64,000 nucleotides of DNA from Cryomorphaceae bacterium (lineage in GTDB: Bacteria; Bacteroidota; Bacteroidia; Flavobacteriales_D; SKUL01): the NCBI GenBank assembly GCA_007695365.1, contig REDV01000078.1, positions 43,562 through 107,561 on the forward strand, written 5' to 3'. A model generated the notes under the pieces. It was not told the DNA's origin, searched no databases, and was given only the letters and a program-made list of their open reading frames with translations. The stretch's first letter is position 1, and each line of letters begins with the position of its first letter. This document shows positions 9,525-17,312 of the stretch, piece after piece. A program made the position numbers and the translations under genes.

Positions 9525-12287
9525 TCAATGTGCTTCAAGCCAATTGTTGCCCGTGCCCATATCTACTTTCAGTTCAACATCCAGTTTTACAGCTTCCTGC
9601 ATTTTCTGAATGATGATGGGCTTGATGATGTTAAGCTCATCTCTCTGCGCATCAAACACCAGTTCGTCGTGTACCTGAAGCACCATTTTCGACTTGAAGT
9701 TCTCTTCCCTGAACTCCCTGTAGATGTCGATCATGGCTTTTTTAATGATATCGGCGGCGCTTCCCTGGATGGGTGTGTTGATGGCGTTTCGTTCGGCCTG
9801 CCCTCGAACCACAGGGTTTTTGGAGTTAATATCCCGCAGATAGCGACGCCGCCCCATGATGGTTTCAACATAGCCGTGTTCCCTGGCAAACTCAATGCGG
9901 TTGTCCATGTATTTTTTAATACCCGGGTAGGTTTTGAAATAGGACTCTATCACCTCTGCCGCTTCGGTGCGACTCAAGCTGCTTTGCTGGCTTAAACCAA
10001 ATGCGGATACGCCGTAGATAATGCCAAAGTTTACCGTTTTAGCATTGCTTCGTTGTTCTCTGGTCACTTCGTTCAGCGGCACTCCGAAAACCTTAGCGGC
10101 AGTGGCAGCGTGGATATCCTCGTCGTTTCTGAAGGCTTCAATCATGGCCTTATCGCCACTCAAGGAAGCAATAACCCTGAGTTCAATTTGAGAATAATCA
10201 GCGGCAAGAAGCACGTGTTCTTTATCGCGGGCCACAAAGGCTTGGCGCACTTTTCGTCCGCGCTCTGTTCGCACCGGAATGTTTTGCAGGTTGGGGCCCT
10301 GCGAACTGAGTCGCCCGGTAGCAGCTACGGCCTGATGAAAGGTGGTGTGAATTCGCCCCGTTCGCGGGTTCACCAGTTCGGGGAGCGTATCCACATAGGT
10401 GTTCTTAAGTTTCACTACTTGCCGGTACTCCAGAATCTGGTCAATGATTTCATGCGTTCCGCGCAGGGTTTCGAGCACAGGCTCCGATGTGGCATACTGC
10501 CCGGTTTTGGTCTTTTTGGGTTTGTCAACCAGTTTGAGGTGGTCAAACAATATTTCTCCCAGTTGTTTGGGCGATGCAATGTTGAAATCTGTTCCGGCCA
10601 ACTCTTTGATTCGTTTTTCAAACTGCACAATGTCGCGGGTAAGTTCCTGAGAATACACCTTAAGCTGGGAGATATCAATGGCTACACCGGCCGCCTCCAT
10701 GGCTCCAAGCACTTTAACCAGCGGCATTTCAATGTTGTTAAAAAGCTTCCATGTACCTGTTTCCTCCAATTGAGGCGCAAAAAGTTTGTAGAGTCTAAAG
10801 GTAATGTCGGCATCTTCAGCTGCGTAATCCTTTACCAGCTCCACAGGCACATCGCGCATGCTCTTTTGGTTTTTGCCTTTTTTGCCGATTAGTGTTTCAA
10901 TGGAGGTAGGTCGGTAGTTGAGATAGGTTTCGGCAAGCATATCCATGCCGTGGCGCATATCGGGCTCCAACAGGTAGTGAGCCAGCATGGTATCGAACAC
11001 GGGGCCTTCAATCTCAACCCCATACCATTTCAGCACGGTGAGGTCGTACTTGAGGTTGTGCGCTATTTTGGTGATGTTGGGATGGGTAAATACTTCAGTG
11101 AAGTCCTCCAGGATTCTTTTGGCGGCTTTTGGGTTATCGGGTATGGGAACATAGTGCCCTGTGCCAGCCTTTGTGGAAAAGGCCACACCTACCAATTCGG
11201 CTTCGTGGGCATCAATATCGGTGGTTTCGGTGTCGAAGCAAAAGGCTTCTGACGATAAAAGCTTCTTCACCAGTCGGGCGCGCTTTTCAGCGGTATCTAA
11301 CAGTTCATAGCCTTCATTCTGGGTTGATGCAGCAGGAGGTTCGCCGGAGTTTTCAGCAGGTTGAGCAAAGAGATCCATCTGGGTTCCTCTGCCCCCTGTA
11401 ACAGGAATTTTCTCACCCAGTAAACGCTCACTCAGCGTCCGAAACTCGAGCTCGGTAAAAATTTCCTGTAGTTTCTCTTTATTTGGCTCTTCCACTTCGA
11501 GCGATTGCGGCTCGAAGGTTACAGGCACATCCAGCCGAATGGTGGCCAACTGTTTCGACAACAATGCCTGCTCGGCATTCTCTATCACTTTCTCCTTCAT
11601 TTTTCCCTTCAGCTCGTTGGCGTGCTCCAGCAAACCCTCAATGCTTTTGTACTGCGCTATGAATTTTTTAGCGGTTTTTTCGCCCACACCGGGAATGCCA
11701 GGAATGTTATCGACGGCATCACCCCACATACCCAGAATATCAATAACCTGAAGCGGGTCTTCAACCTCAAACTTCTCCTTTACTTCATCCACGCCCCATA
11801 TCTCTACGCTACCTCCGTTTTTGGCCGGTCGGTGAATCTTCACTTTATCGGTGACCAGCTGCGCAAAATCCTTGTCGGGCGTTACCATGTATACCTCAAA
11901 ATTGTCTGCTGCGGCCTTGTGGGCAAGGGTACCAATTACATCATCTGCTTCAAAGCCTGCCACCTCAAACACCGGTATGTTAAACCCCTCAACAATGGCC
12001 TTAATATAAGGCACTGCCCGTTTAATATCCTCGGGGGTTTCGTCGCGGTTGGCCTTGTATTCGGCGTAATCTTCTACCCTAAAACTACCCCCGGGCGGGT
12101 CAAACGCCACGGCAATGTGGGTTGGTTCGTGGTTTTTGAGCACATCCACCAGGGCATTGGTAAACCCAAACACAGCAGAAGTGTTCATGCCTTTTGAATT
12201 GATTCTGGGTGCGCGGATAAACGCGTAATACGCACGGAATATCAAGGCATAGGCATCAATGAGGTACAGCTTTTTCTTATCGGACAT
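9525..12287 (-). CDS. polA: DNA polymerase I
   Basis: 920 aa. 5' nuclease N-terminus (YLIDAYALIFRAYYA). 3'-5' exonuclease motif FDTETT. Polymerase motifs DYSQIELR, RSNAKTVNFGIIYG and LQVHDELVF. Confidence 0.97.
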   Translation of the reverse strand: MSDKKKLYLIDAYALIFRAYYAFIRAPRINSKGMNTSAVFGFTNALVDVLKNHEPTHIAVAFDPPGGSFRVEDYAEYKANRDETPEDIKRAVPYIKAIVEGFNIPVFEVAGFEADDVIGTLAHKAAADNFEVYMVTPDKDFAQLVTDKVKIHRPAKNGGSVEIWGVDEVKEKFEVEDPLQVIDILGMWGDAVDNIPGIPGVGEKTAKKFIAQYKSIEGLLEHANELKGKMKEKVIENAEQALLSKQLATIRLDVPVTFEPQSLEVEEPNKEKLQEIFTELEFRTLSERLLGEKIPVTGGRGTQMDLFAQPAENSGEPPAASTQNEGYELLDTAEKRARLVKKLLSSEAFCFDTETTDIDAHEAELVGVAFSTKAGTGHYVPIPDNPKAAKRILEDFTEVFTHPNITKIAHNLKYDLTVLKWYGVEIEGPVFDTMLAHYLLEPDMRHGMDMLAETYLNYRPTSIETLIGKKGKNQKSMRDVPVELVKDYAAEDADITFRLYKLFAPQLEETGTWKLFNNIEMPLVKVLGAMEAAGVAIDISQLKVYSQELTRDIVQFEKRIKELAGTDFNIASPKQLGEILFDHLKLVDKPKKTKTGQYATSEPVLETLRGTHEIIDQILEYRQVVKLKNTYVDTLPELVNPRTGRIHTTFHQAVAATGRLSSQGPNLQNIPVRTERGRKVRQAFVARDKEHVLLAADYSQIELRVIASLSGDKAMIEAFRNDEDIHAATAAKVFGVPLNEVTREQRSNAKTVNFGIIYGVSAFGLSQQSSLSRTEAAEVIESYFKTYPGIKKYMDNRIEFAREHGYVETIMGRRRYLRDINSKNPVVRGQAERNAINTPIQGSAADIIKKAMIDIYREFREENFKSKMVLQVHDELVFDAQRDELNIIKPIIIQKMQEAVKLDVELKVDMGTGNNWLEAH

Positions 12288-12486
12288 AATCTGGTAAATC
12301 TTGCCGTGAAGATAGAACTATTCCTCGCTTTGGTTAAGCCATAAGGCGTGCAAACCGGGAACTGCAAGCCCAAATTATTTTTTCTCGGGTTCCGGCCACC
12401 GCACGCAAAATCTTTCTACATTGCCTCATGCAATCAATCCATTGGGATGGATTGCACCAAAAATAACCAAACCAAAAACCAACGTT

Positions 12487-12906
12487 ATGTTAAGAGAATT
12501 CCGGGATTTCATCATGCGGGGCAACGTACTTGAGCTTGCCGTAGCCGTAATCATTGCCGGTGCCTTTGGCGCTGTAGTCGCATCTTTTACCAACGATGTA
12601 ATCATGCCCCCTATCGGGTTGGCTCTGGGCGGGGTTGATTTTGCTGACCTGGCAATTACCATTCAGGAAGGCCAGTTATCCGCCGATGGATCGGTATCAG
12701 TTGAAGCCGTTCAGATTCGGTACGGCGCATTCATTCAGAAGGTTATTGATTTTATCATCATTGCCTTTATCATTTTCATGTTGATTCGCACGTACAACAA
12801 AATAAAAGACCGAAACAAGCAAGCCGAAGAGGCCGCTCCTGCGCCACCTCCGGGGCCTACTGCCGAAGAGCTGCTTGGCGAAATTCGCGATTTGCTGAAG
12901 AAATAA
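12487..12906 (+). CDS. mscL: Large-conductance mechanosensitive channel
   Basis: [28 protein letters not shown] is the canonical MscL N-terminus. Track start 12421 is TTG, so ATG 12487 is preferred. Confidence 0.92.
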   Translation: MLREFRDFIMRGNVLELAVAVIIAGAFGAVVASFTNDVIMPPIGLALGGVDFADLAITIQEGQLSADGSVSVEAVQIRYGAFIQKVIDFIIIAFIIFMLIRTYNKIKDRNKQAEEAAPAPPPGPTAEELLGEIRDLLKK

Positions 12907-13101
12907 GATTGGATCTTTCAATGAAAACCCCGCCCTGTATGGTTTGGGATTCTTTTGTTGGCCTCCATGGAAAATGAGATTAACACGGCTCCGTGCATAA
13001 GCTTCATGGCAGCATCAGTAAAAATCAGGTCTAAGCTTGATCTTTGAAGCTTGGATAACAAAACGTGGTTAATTCCGTAATAAACGTATCATTCTGCTGC
13101 C

Positions 13102-14604
13102 ATGCACAAACTTTTTCTGACACCTGCACTTCTTCTTGCATTCCCGCTGTTCGCGCAATACACCGAGCCAGTCGATAGTGCCGAAACACCTGCTTTAGAA
13201 ATCGCTCCGGACGATCCGTTTCTGGAGCGAATAGATGCTCAGTGGCAATCCATAGCACATCAGGCGTGGTTTGTACACAGTGACACGGCGTGCTTGAATA
13301 TCTACGGTTACGAACCTTCTGTGGTGCCAAAAGTATCGGACGACGAAATGCGTGAGCGCGTGAGGCAAATGGATGAGGAAACCATCATGGAGATGCGCTA
13401 TGACGGGCACATCCGCGGCTTTATTGAGCTTTATGTGTCCAAAAAGCGCGAGTTGTCGTCAAGGGTTTTGGGTCTGTCGGAACTCTACTATCCGATGATT
13501 GAGGAAATGCTCGATCGCTTTGACATTCCGCAGGAAATGAAACACCTTGCCGTTGTTGAATCTGCGCTCAACCCTACCGCACGCTCGCGTGCCGGGGCCA
13601 AAGGTTTGTGGCAATTCATGTATGGTACCGGTAAGATGTTCGATTTGAAGGTGAATTCATTTGAAGATGACCGCTTCGACCCATTGCAAAGTACCGTTGC
13701 CGCCTGCCGCTACCTTCGCCATCTTTATGGTCTGTACGGAGATTGGAATCTTGTGCTGGCAGCCTACAATTCAGGTCCGGGAAACGTGAACAAAGCCATA
13801 CGTCGCTCAGGAGGTAAGCGCGATTACTGGGCCATACGCAACTACTTACCCAGAGAAACACGGGGTTATGTGCCTGCATTCATCGCGGTAAATTACATGA
13901 TGACCTACCACCAGGAGCACAACCTGTACCCCCTCTACAATGCCTGTGCATACTATGAAACTGACACCGTGCACGTGCGTCAGCGTCTCACCTTCGATCA
14001 GGTTTCGGCTTACACCAACGTGGATGCTACATTGATAGCCTCTCTCAACCCCATGTACCTGCGTTTTGTCATTCCTGCTCAGCCCGATGCACCCAAAGTC
14101 TTGCGTTTGCCTTCAGAAGCAATCGGTGTGTTTCTTGCCAACGAAGACAGCATTTACCATCACCAACCCGAACCCACCACTCCGATGCTCGCACAGGAGG
14201 TTACCGAGTACCACCGGGTGCGCAGCGGTGAGTTTCTGGGCTCAATAGCCAACCGCTACGGAGTGCGGGTTAATGAACTAATGGAGTGGAATGGATTGCG
14301 AAACACCAACATTTACCCCGGTCAGAACCTTGTGGTACACCGTACGGTATCTCCGGCTGGTGTCGCCAGCACCACAGGCAGCACACCCACTGTAACCCAA
14401 CAAACCCAAAAACCCGCTCAGCCGGCCGTTGTTACCGACGAGGGCGCTTATCGCTACCACGTAGTACGGAGCGGTGATACACTGTGGGACATCGCCAAAC
14501 TGTACGATGGGGTTACCGTAAATCAGCTGAAGCAATTAAACAGCGGACTGAACTTTAATCGTCTCAAGCCCGGACAAAAAATCAAGATTGGTCAAGCTGG
14601 TTAA
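13102..14604 (+). CDS. Lytic murein transglycosylase (SLT domain) with two C-terminal LysM domains (MltD-like)
   Basis: Signal peptide present. SLT catalytic region AVVESALNPTARSRAGAKGLWQFM. Two LysM repeats: YHRVRSGEFLGSIANRYGV... and YHVVRSGDTLWDIAKLYDGV... Confidence 0.9.
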   Translation: MHKLFLTPALLLAFPLFAQYTEPVDSAETPALEIAPDDPFLERIDAQWQSIAHQAWFVHSDTACLNIYGYEPSVVPKVSDDEMRERVRQMDEETIMEMRYDGHIRGFIELYVSKKRELSSRVLGLSELYYPMIEEMLDRFDIPQEMKHLAVVESALNPTARSRAGAKGLWQFMYGTGKMFDLKVNSFEDDRFDPLQSTVAACRYLRHLYGLYGDWNLVLAAYNSGPGNVNKAIRRSGGKRDYWAIRNYLPRETRGYVPAFIAVNYMMTYHQEHNLYPLYNACAYYETDTVHVRQRLTFDQVSAYTNVDATLIASLNPMYLRFVIPAQPDAPKVLRLPSEAIGVFLANEDSIYHHQPEPTTPMLAQEVTEYHRVRSGEFLGSIANRYGVRVNELMEWNGLRNTNIYPGQNLVVHRTVSPAGVASTTGSTPTVTQQTQKPAQPAVVTDEGAYRYHVVRSGDTLWDIAKLYDGVTVNQLKQLNSGLNFNRLKPGQKIKIGQAG

Positions 14605-15628
14605 ATACTTTGCAGTCCTATTGGCTGCCGTTGTTATGGTCTCCTGCGATGAAGATGCATCGCATGTGCTGCCCAGATATTCCGGTGCTCCGGGCGAATT
14701 GCTGGTAATTATACCAGATGCGCTTTATGAGTCGCGCCCGGGAGATATCCTCTACGACCACTTTGCCGCATACCAGGCTATGCTACCTCAGGCCGAGCCC
14801 TATTTCAACCTGGTGCACCTCAGCCCGGAAAAAGTAAACAACATAACACGACAGCACCGCAATCTGCTGTTTGTAAACATCAAGCCCGAATCAGAAGAAA
14901 CCCCAAGGGTGGAGGCCCTTCGAAACAAATGGGCGTCCGAACAACTCGTGGTGAATGTCTATGCGCCGTCCATTGATGCATTCGATTCACTGATGGCCGA
15001 TAACGGGCCGGCTTTACTCGAAAAGTTCAACGAGTACGAGCGCAAAAGGCTGAAAGGGAATTTTGCTTTCCGCAAGAACCACAACATTGCCGATGAACTT
15101 CGTATTCAAGAAGCCCTGAGCATTACCGTGCCTCGTGATTGCAGCATTGCCCGACAGGAAAAGAATTTTACGTGGATTGAGCGCAAACGCGAAAAACCTT
15201 CGGGCGGCTCATTACACGATGTACTGCAAGGTGTATTGGTCTATCATTATCCATACACGGCCGATACCTCTTTCACCGCGGGTCATATACTTGCTGTGCG
15301 CGACTCCGTGTTGAGGCGTTACGTTCCCGGATCCGTTGAGGGCTCGTACATGACCACCGAATACCTTGTAGAACCTGCATATCGGGTGGTTGAGCACAAC
15401 GGAGCATACGCCGTTGAAATGCGTGGATTGTGGAAAGTAGCGCTGGGAGCCCCTATGGGAGGCCCTTTCATCAGCTTAACAGTGCACGACGAGCAGCGCG
15501 GAAGAATTGTAACCGCCGAGGGATTTGTCTTTGCTCCAAAATTCAGCAAACGTGAGTACCTGCGCGAAGTAGAGGCCATGATTTACAGTATCGAGTGGCC
15601 CGACGTTGAAGACTCTGAAAAAAGCTGA
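14588..15628 (+). CDS. DUF4837-family lipoprotein
   Basis: TTG start overlaps the MltD-like stop by 17 nt. Lipobox AVVMVSC. The family call is from recalled similarity (LPRYSGAPGELLVI, LPQAEPYFNLVH) and was not searched. Confidence 0.65.
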   Translation: MVKLVKYFAVLLAAVVMVSCDEDASHVLPRYSGAPGELLVIIPDALYESRPGDILYDHFAAYQAMLPQAEPYFNLVHLSPEKVNNITRQHRNLLFVNIKPESEETPRVEALRNKWASEQLVVNVYAPSIDAFDSLMADNGPALLEKFNEYERKRLKGNFAFRKNHNIADELRIQEALSITVPRDCSIARQEKNFTWIERKREKPSGGSLHDVLQGVLVYHYPYTADTSFTAGHILAVRDSVLRRYVPGSVEGSYMTTEYLVEPAYRVVEHNGAYAVEMRGLWKVALGAPMGGPFISLTVHDEQRGRIVTAEGFVFAPKFSKREYLREVEAMIYSIEWPDVEDSEKS

Positions 15629-15640
15629 TTTAAGGTCTGC

Positions 15641-15657
15641 GGAAATGACCGTCATTC
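15641..15657. repeat. Abutted element tips (GGAAATGAC-C-GTCATTC)
   Basis: Right-tip-like and left-tip-like sequences are separated by 1 nt. They form a 13-nt palindrome 16 nt after the DUF4837 stop. Confidence 0.5.
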
Positions 15658-15712
15658 ATTTGAGGAAACAAAGTCTGTAATGGGACGAAAAAACCCGATG
15701 CATCCCCTTAGT

Positions 15713-15862
15713 GTCATTTCGACCGGAACGCCGAGGAACGAGGCGTGAAGTAGCCTGCCCCGAAGAATTTCGGGGGAGAAATCTCATTCAGTTCACACTT
15801 TGATCTCATAATAGATTTCTCCGCTACACAGCTCCTGCCGTCGCTGCTTCGGTCGAAATGAC
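15713..15862. repeat. Nested-palindrome element, copy A (150 bp, REPIN/MITE-like)
   Basis: Perfect 13-bp terminal inverted repeats GTCATTTCGACCG / CGGTCGAAATGAC. Inner inverted repeat GAGAAATCT / AGATTTCTC. 23-bp core GAGAAATCTCATTCAGTTCACAC. 18-nt hairpin module at 15758-15775. Confidence 0.85.
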
Positions 15863-15907
15863 AAAACACTCATAACCTGAAATAAGAACCCCCAATCACA
15901 CCCCTTT

Positions 15908-16047
15908 GTCATTTCGACCGGAGTGCTGAGGTACGAAGCACGCAGTGGAGAAATCTCATTCAGTTCACACGTCGTCTCCCTAGAGATTTCTCCCCCCGAA
16001 GAATTTCGGGGCGCAGCTCCTGTTGTCGCTGCTTCGGTCGAAATGAC
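15908..16047. repeat. Nested-palindrome element, copy B (140 bp)
   Basis: Same 13-bp terminal inverted repeats and an identical 23-bp core (15948-15970). Inner 11-bp inverted repeat GGAGAAATCTC / GAGATTTCTCC. Identical 18-nt hairpin module, now at 15994-16011 on the other side of the inner stem. Confidence 0.85.
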
Positions 16048-16095
16048 AAAACGCCAATAATCAAAACAAAAAAGCAATCACACCTTGAACACGAC

Positions 16096-16127
16096 AATCA
16101 GAGCATCACCCGGCTGCGACTCTGATT
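16096..16127. repeat. Isolated hairpin AATCAGAG-N16-CTCTGATT
   Basis: Perfect 8-bp stem with a 16-nt loop. No flanking T-run on either strand. Confidence 0.5.
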
Positions 16128-16153
16128 GATGATAACCGCTACGATTCAGCATA

Positions 16154-16175
16154 GACCCTGAAAGGGTCAAATGTC
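16154..16175. repeat. 22-nt hairpin repeat, copy 1 (GACCCTGAAAGGGTCAAATGTC)
   Basis: 6-bp stem GACCCT/AGGGTC with loop GAA. Related copy 51 nt downstream. Confidence 0.75.
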
Positions 16176-16204
16176 TGAAGAGAAAGCAACGAAGATAGAA
16201 GTGC

Positions 16205-16226
16205 GACCCCGAAGGGGTCGAATGTC
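16205..16226. repeat. 22-nt hairpin repeat, copy 2 (GACCCCGAAGGGGTCGAATGTC)
   Basis: 6-bp stem GACCCC/GGGGTC with loop GAA. The loop-closing pair is C-G here and T-A in copy 1. Confidence 0.75.
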
Positions 16227-16588
16227 CACCGAAACATGCAATAACACTATATTTCAATCCCTTATGATTTTAAATTAGGGTGCATCTCAAACGCAGACGC
16301 CTGAAAGAGACGCTTAGCACAACTCGTCAAACCCCAATTACCGAAGTAACCTACGCACACGCTAAGCCAAGCGCATTTCATGAAATCGCTACCCAACTCG
16401 AGATCGCTATCCAGTAATCATAGTAACCGCTGGATGACTTTCATTGATATAAGTCTGATCTATTTGACGTTAAGTGGTGGGTGAAAAACCCACCCCAACC
16501 CCGACTTTCAACATCAAGGTCTTGTGAAACCCGCGTTTGTCGGGGCCACCCCTCCGGTGGAGGAGACAAGGCCTCCGTTTCAATTTTG

Positions 16589-16613
16589 GGATTTCTCGCT
16601 CGTAATGACAAAA
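16589..16613. repeat. Degenerate right end of the same element family
   Basis: GGATTTCTCGCTCGTAATGACAAAA compared with AGATTTCTCC...GGTCGAAATGACAAAA. Confidence 0.45.
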
Positions 16614-16624
16614 TGCTACTAATC

Positions 16625-16667
16625 AGAAATAAAAGCTCAGGTCAGCGTAGCGTCTCGCTACACTGAC
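16625..16667 (-). terminator. Strong hairpin plus U-tract oriented for minus-strand transcripts
   Basis: 12-bp stem 16641-16652 with 16656-16667 and a 3-nt loop. The single non-Watson-Crick position is C.A on the plus strand but G.U on the minus-strand RNA. On the minus strand it is followed by CTGAGCTTTTATTTCTG. Confidence 0.5.
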
Positions 16668-16754
16668 ATCTTCAAGGCGTCCCCGCCTGCTCTTTTGATT
16701 CCGATTGTAAGCCGCGAGCATCCGCACCAAATCCTTTCCAACCCCACTCCTTTT

Positions 16755-16793
16755 GTCATTTCGGCCGGAGTGCTGCGGAACGAAACGCTGAGG
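16755..16793. repeat. Solo left end of the same element family
   Basis: GTCATTTCGGCCGGAGTGCTGCGGAACGAAACGCTGAGG aligns with the left arm of copy B. No right end follows. Lies ~45 nt from the stop of the 128-aa gene. Confidence 0.65.
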
Positions 16794-16836
16794 ACATCAA
16801 GACTCAACACTTACGTCGTTTTTCAGCGAACCTGAT

Positions 16837-17223
16837 TTAAACCGGAAAGGACATCAGCCACTCCAAGGCATCCTCGCGGTTCTTAAAGAGCTGCGTGGGG
16901 CGATTGGGCTTGTTGAAGCGAATGAAGAAATTGGCAGTCATTTCGTGCGAGTAACTCTGCACCACAACCGCATCTGCTACTATAGCATCGGTTGACCCGG
17001 CTGAAGACGCATAATTTCGGGCGTCCTGACTGAGAGAGGCCTTTTCTCCGGCGGTAACAAGCAAACGAAATTTCTGCCCATTGGCTTCGCTGTTGATGGT
17101 CTCAAAAATTCGTTTCACCTCCTCTAGTTCAACCACCTGACCTTCTTTCATGTGGAGATGAAGAATGTTGTCGGGTTGAAAGGTCAATGTTGACTTACCT
17201 AAATCGAAAGTTTTGTCTGACAT
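16837..17223 (-). CDS. Hypothetical protein (128 aa), possibly SpoIIAA/STAS-like fold
   Basis: ATG start with a -7 box 31 nt upstream. No motif that I can name with certainty. Confidence 0.55.
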   Translation of the reverse strand: MSDKTFDLGKSTLTFQPDNILHLHMKEGQVVELEEVKRIFETINSEANGQKFRLLVTAGEKASLSQDARNYASSAGSTDAIVADAVVVQSYSHEMTANFFIRFNKPNRPTQLFKNREDALEWLMSFPV

Positions 17224-17253
17224 GCCCGGTTGCTCAATTCATTGCTTCTGCAG

Positions 17254-17261
17254 CAAAGGTA
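17254..17261 (-). promoter_or_regulatory. -7 box TACCTTTG (minus strand)
   Basis: 31 nt upstream of ATG 17223. Confidence 0.45.
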
Positions 17262-17312
17262 GAAAGAAATACCACGTAGGGCCAATGAACTGCTTTTCAT
17301 TACGGGCATCAT

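Noticed and set aside
10053-12197. 279-aa and 230-aa plus-strand ORFs
   Set aside because: They are antisense shadow ORFs inside polA. The same applies to 27345-27986, 33877-34581, 40234-40833, 42087-42683 and 55472-56035, and to the out-of-frame same-strand ORF 56998-57594.
15713-16047. Possible CRISPR array
   Set aside because: There are only two full units with a 195-bp period. The units are 140-150 bp and internally palindromic with terminal inverted repeats. There are no short regular repeat-spacer alternations and no cas genes in the window.
15793-16077. 94-aa minus-strand track ORF spanning the two repeat copies
   Set aside because: It is read entirely through palindromic repeat arms. 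Peptides such as VISTEAA, EISPLR and SFRPK are the translated repeat. It has no plausible start context, so it is a repeat artefact and not a gene.
16481-16666. 61-aa plus-strand track ORF in the ORF-free island
   Set aside because: It runs across several short GC hairpins and a degenerate element end. It has low complexity and no promoter box, so it is very unlikely to be coding.
15629-16836. Replication origin, or a classical structured RNA gene (tRNA, tmRNA, RNase P, SRP, 6S)
   Set aside because: By eye I saw no TTATCCACA-type DnaA boxes or AT-rich unwinding element. I also saw no tRNA cloverleaf, tmRNA tag frame or other landmark. I cannot exclude a novel ncRNA without covariance searches.
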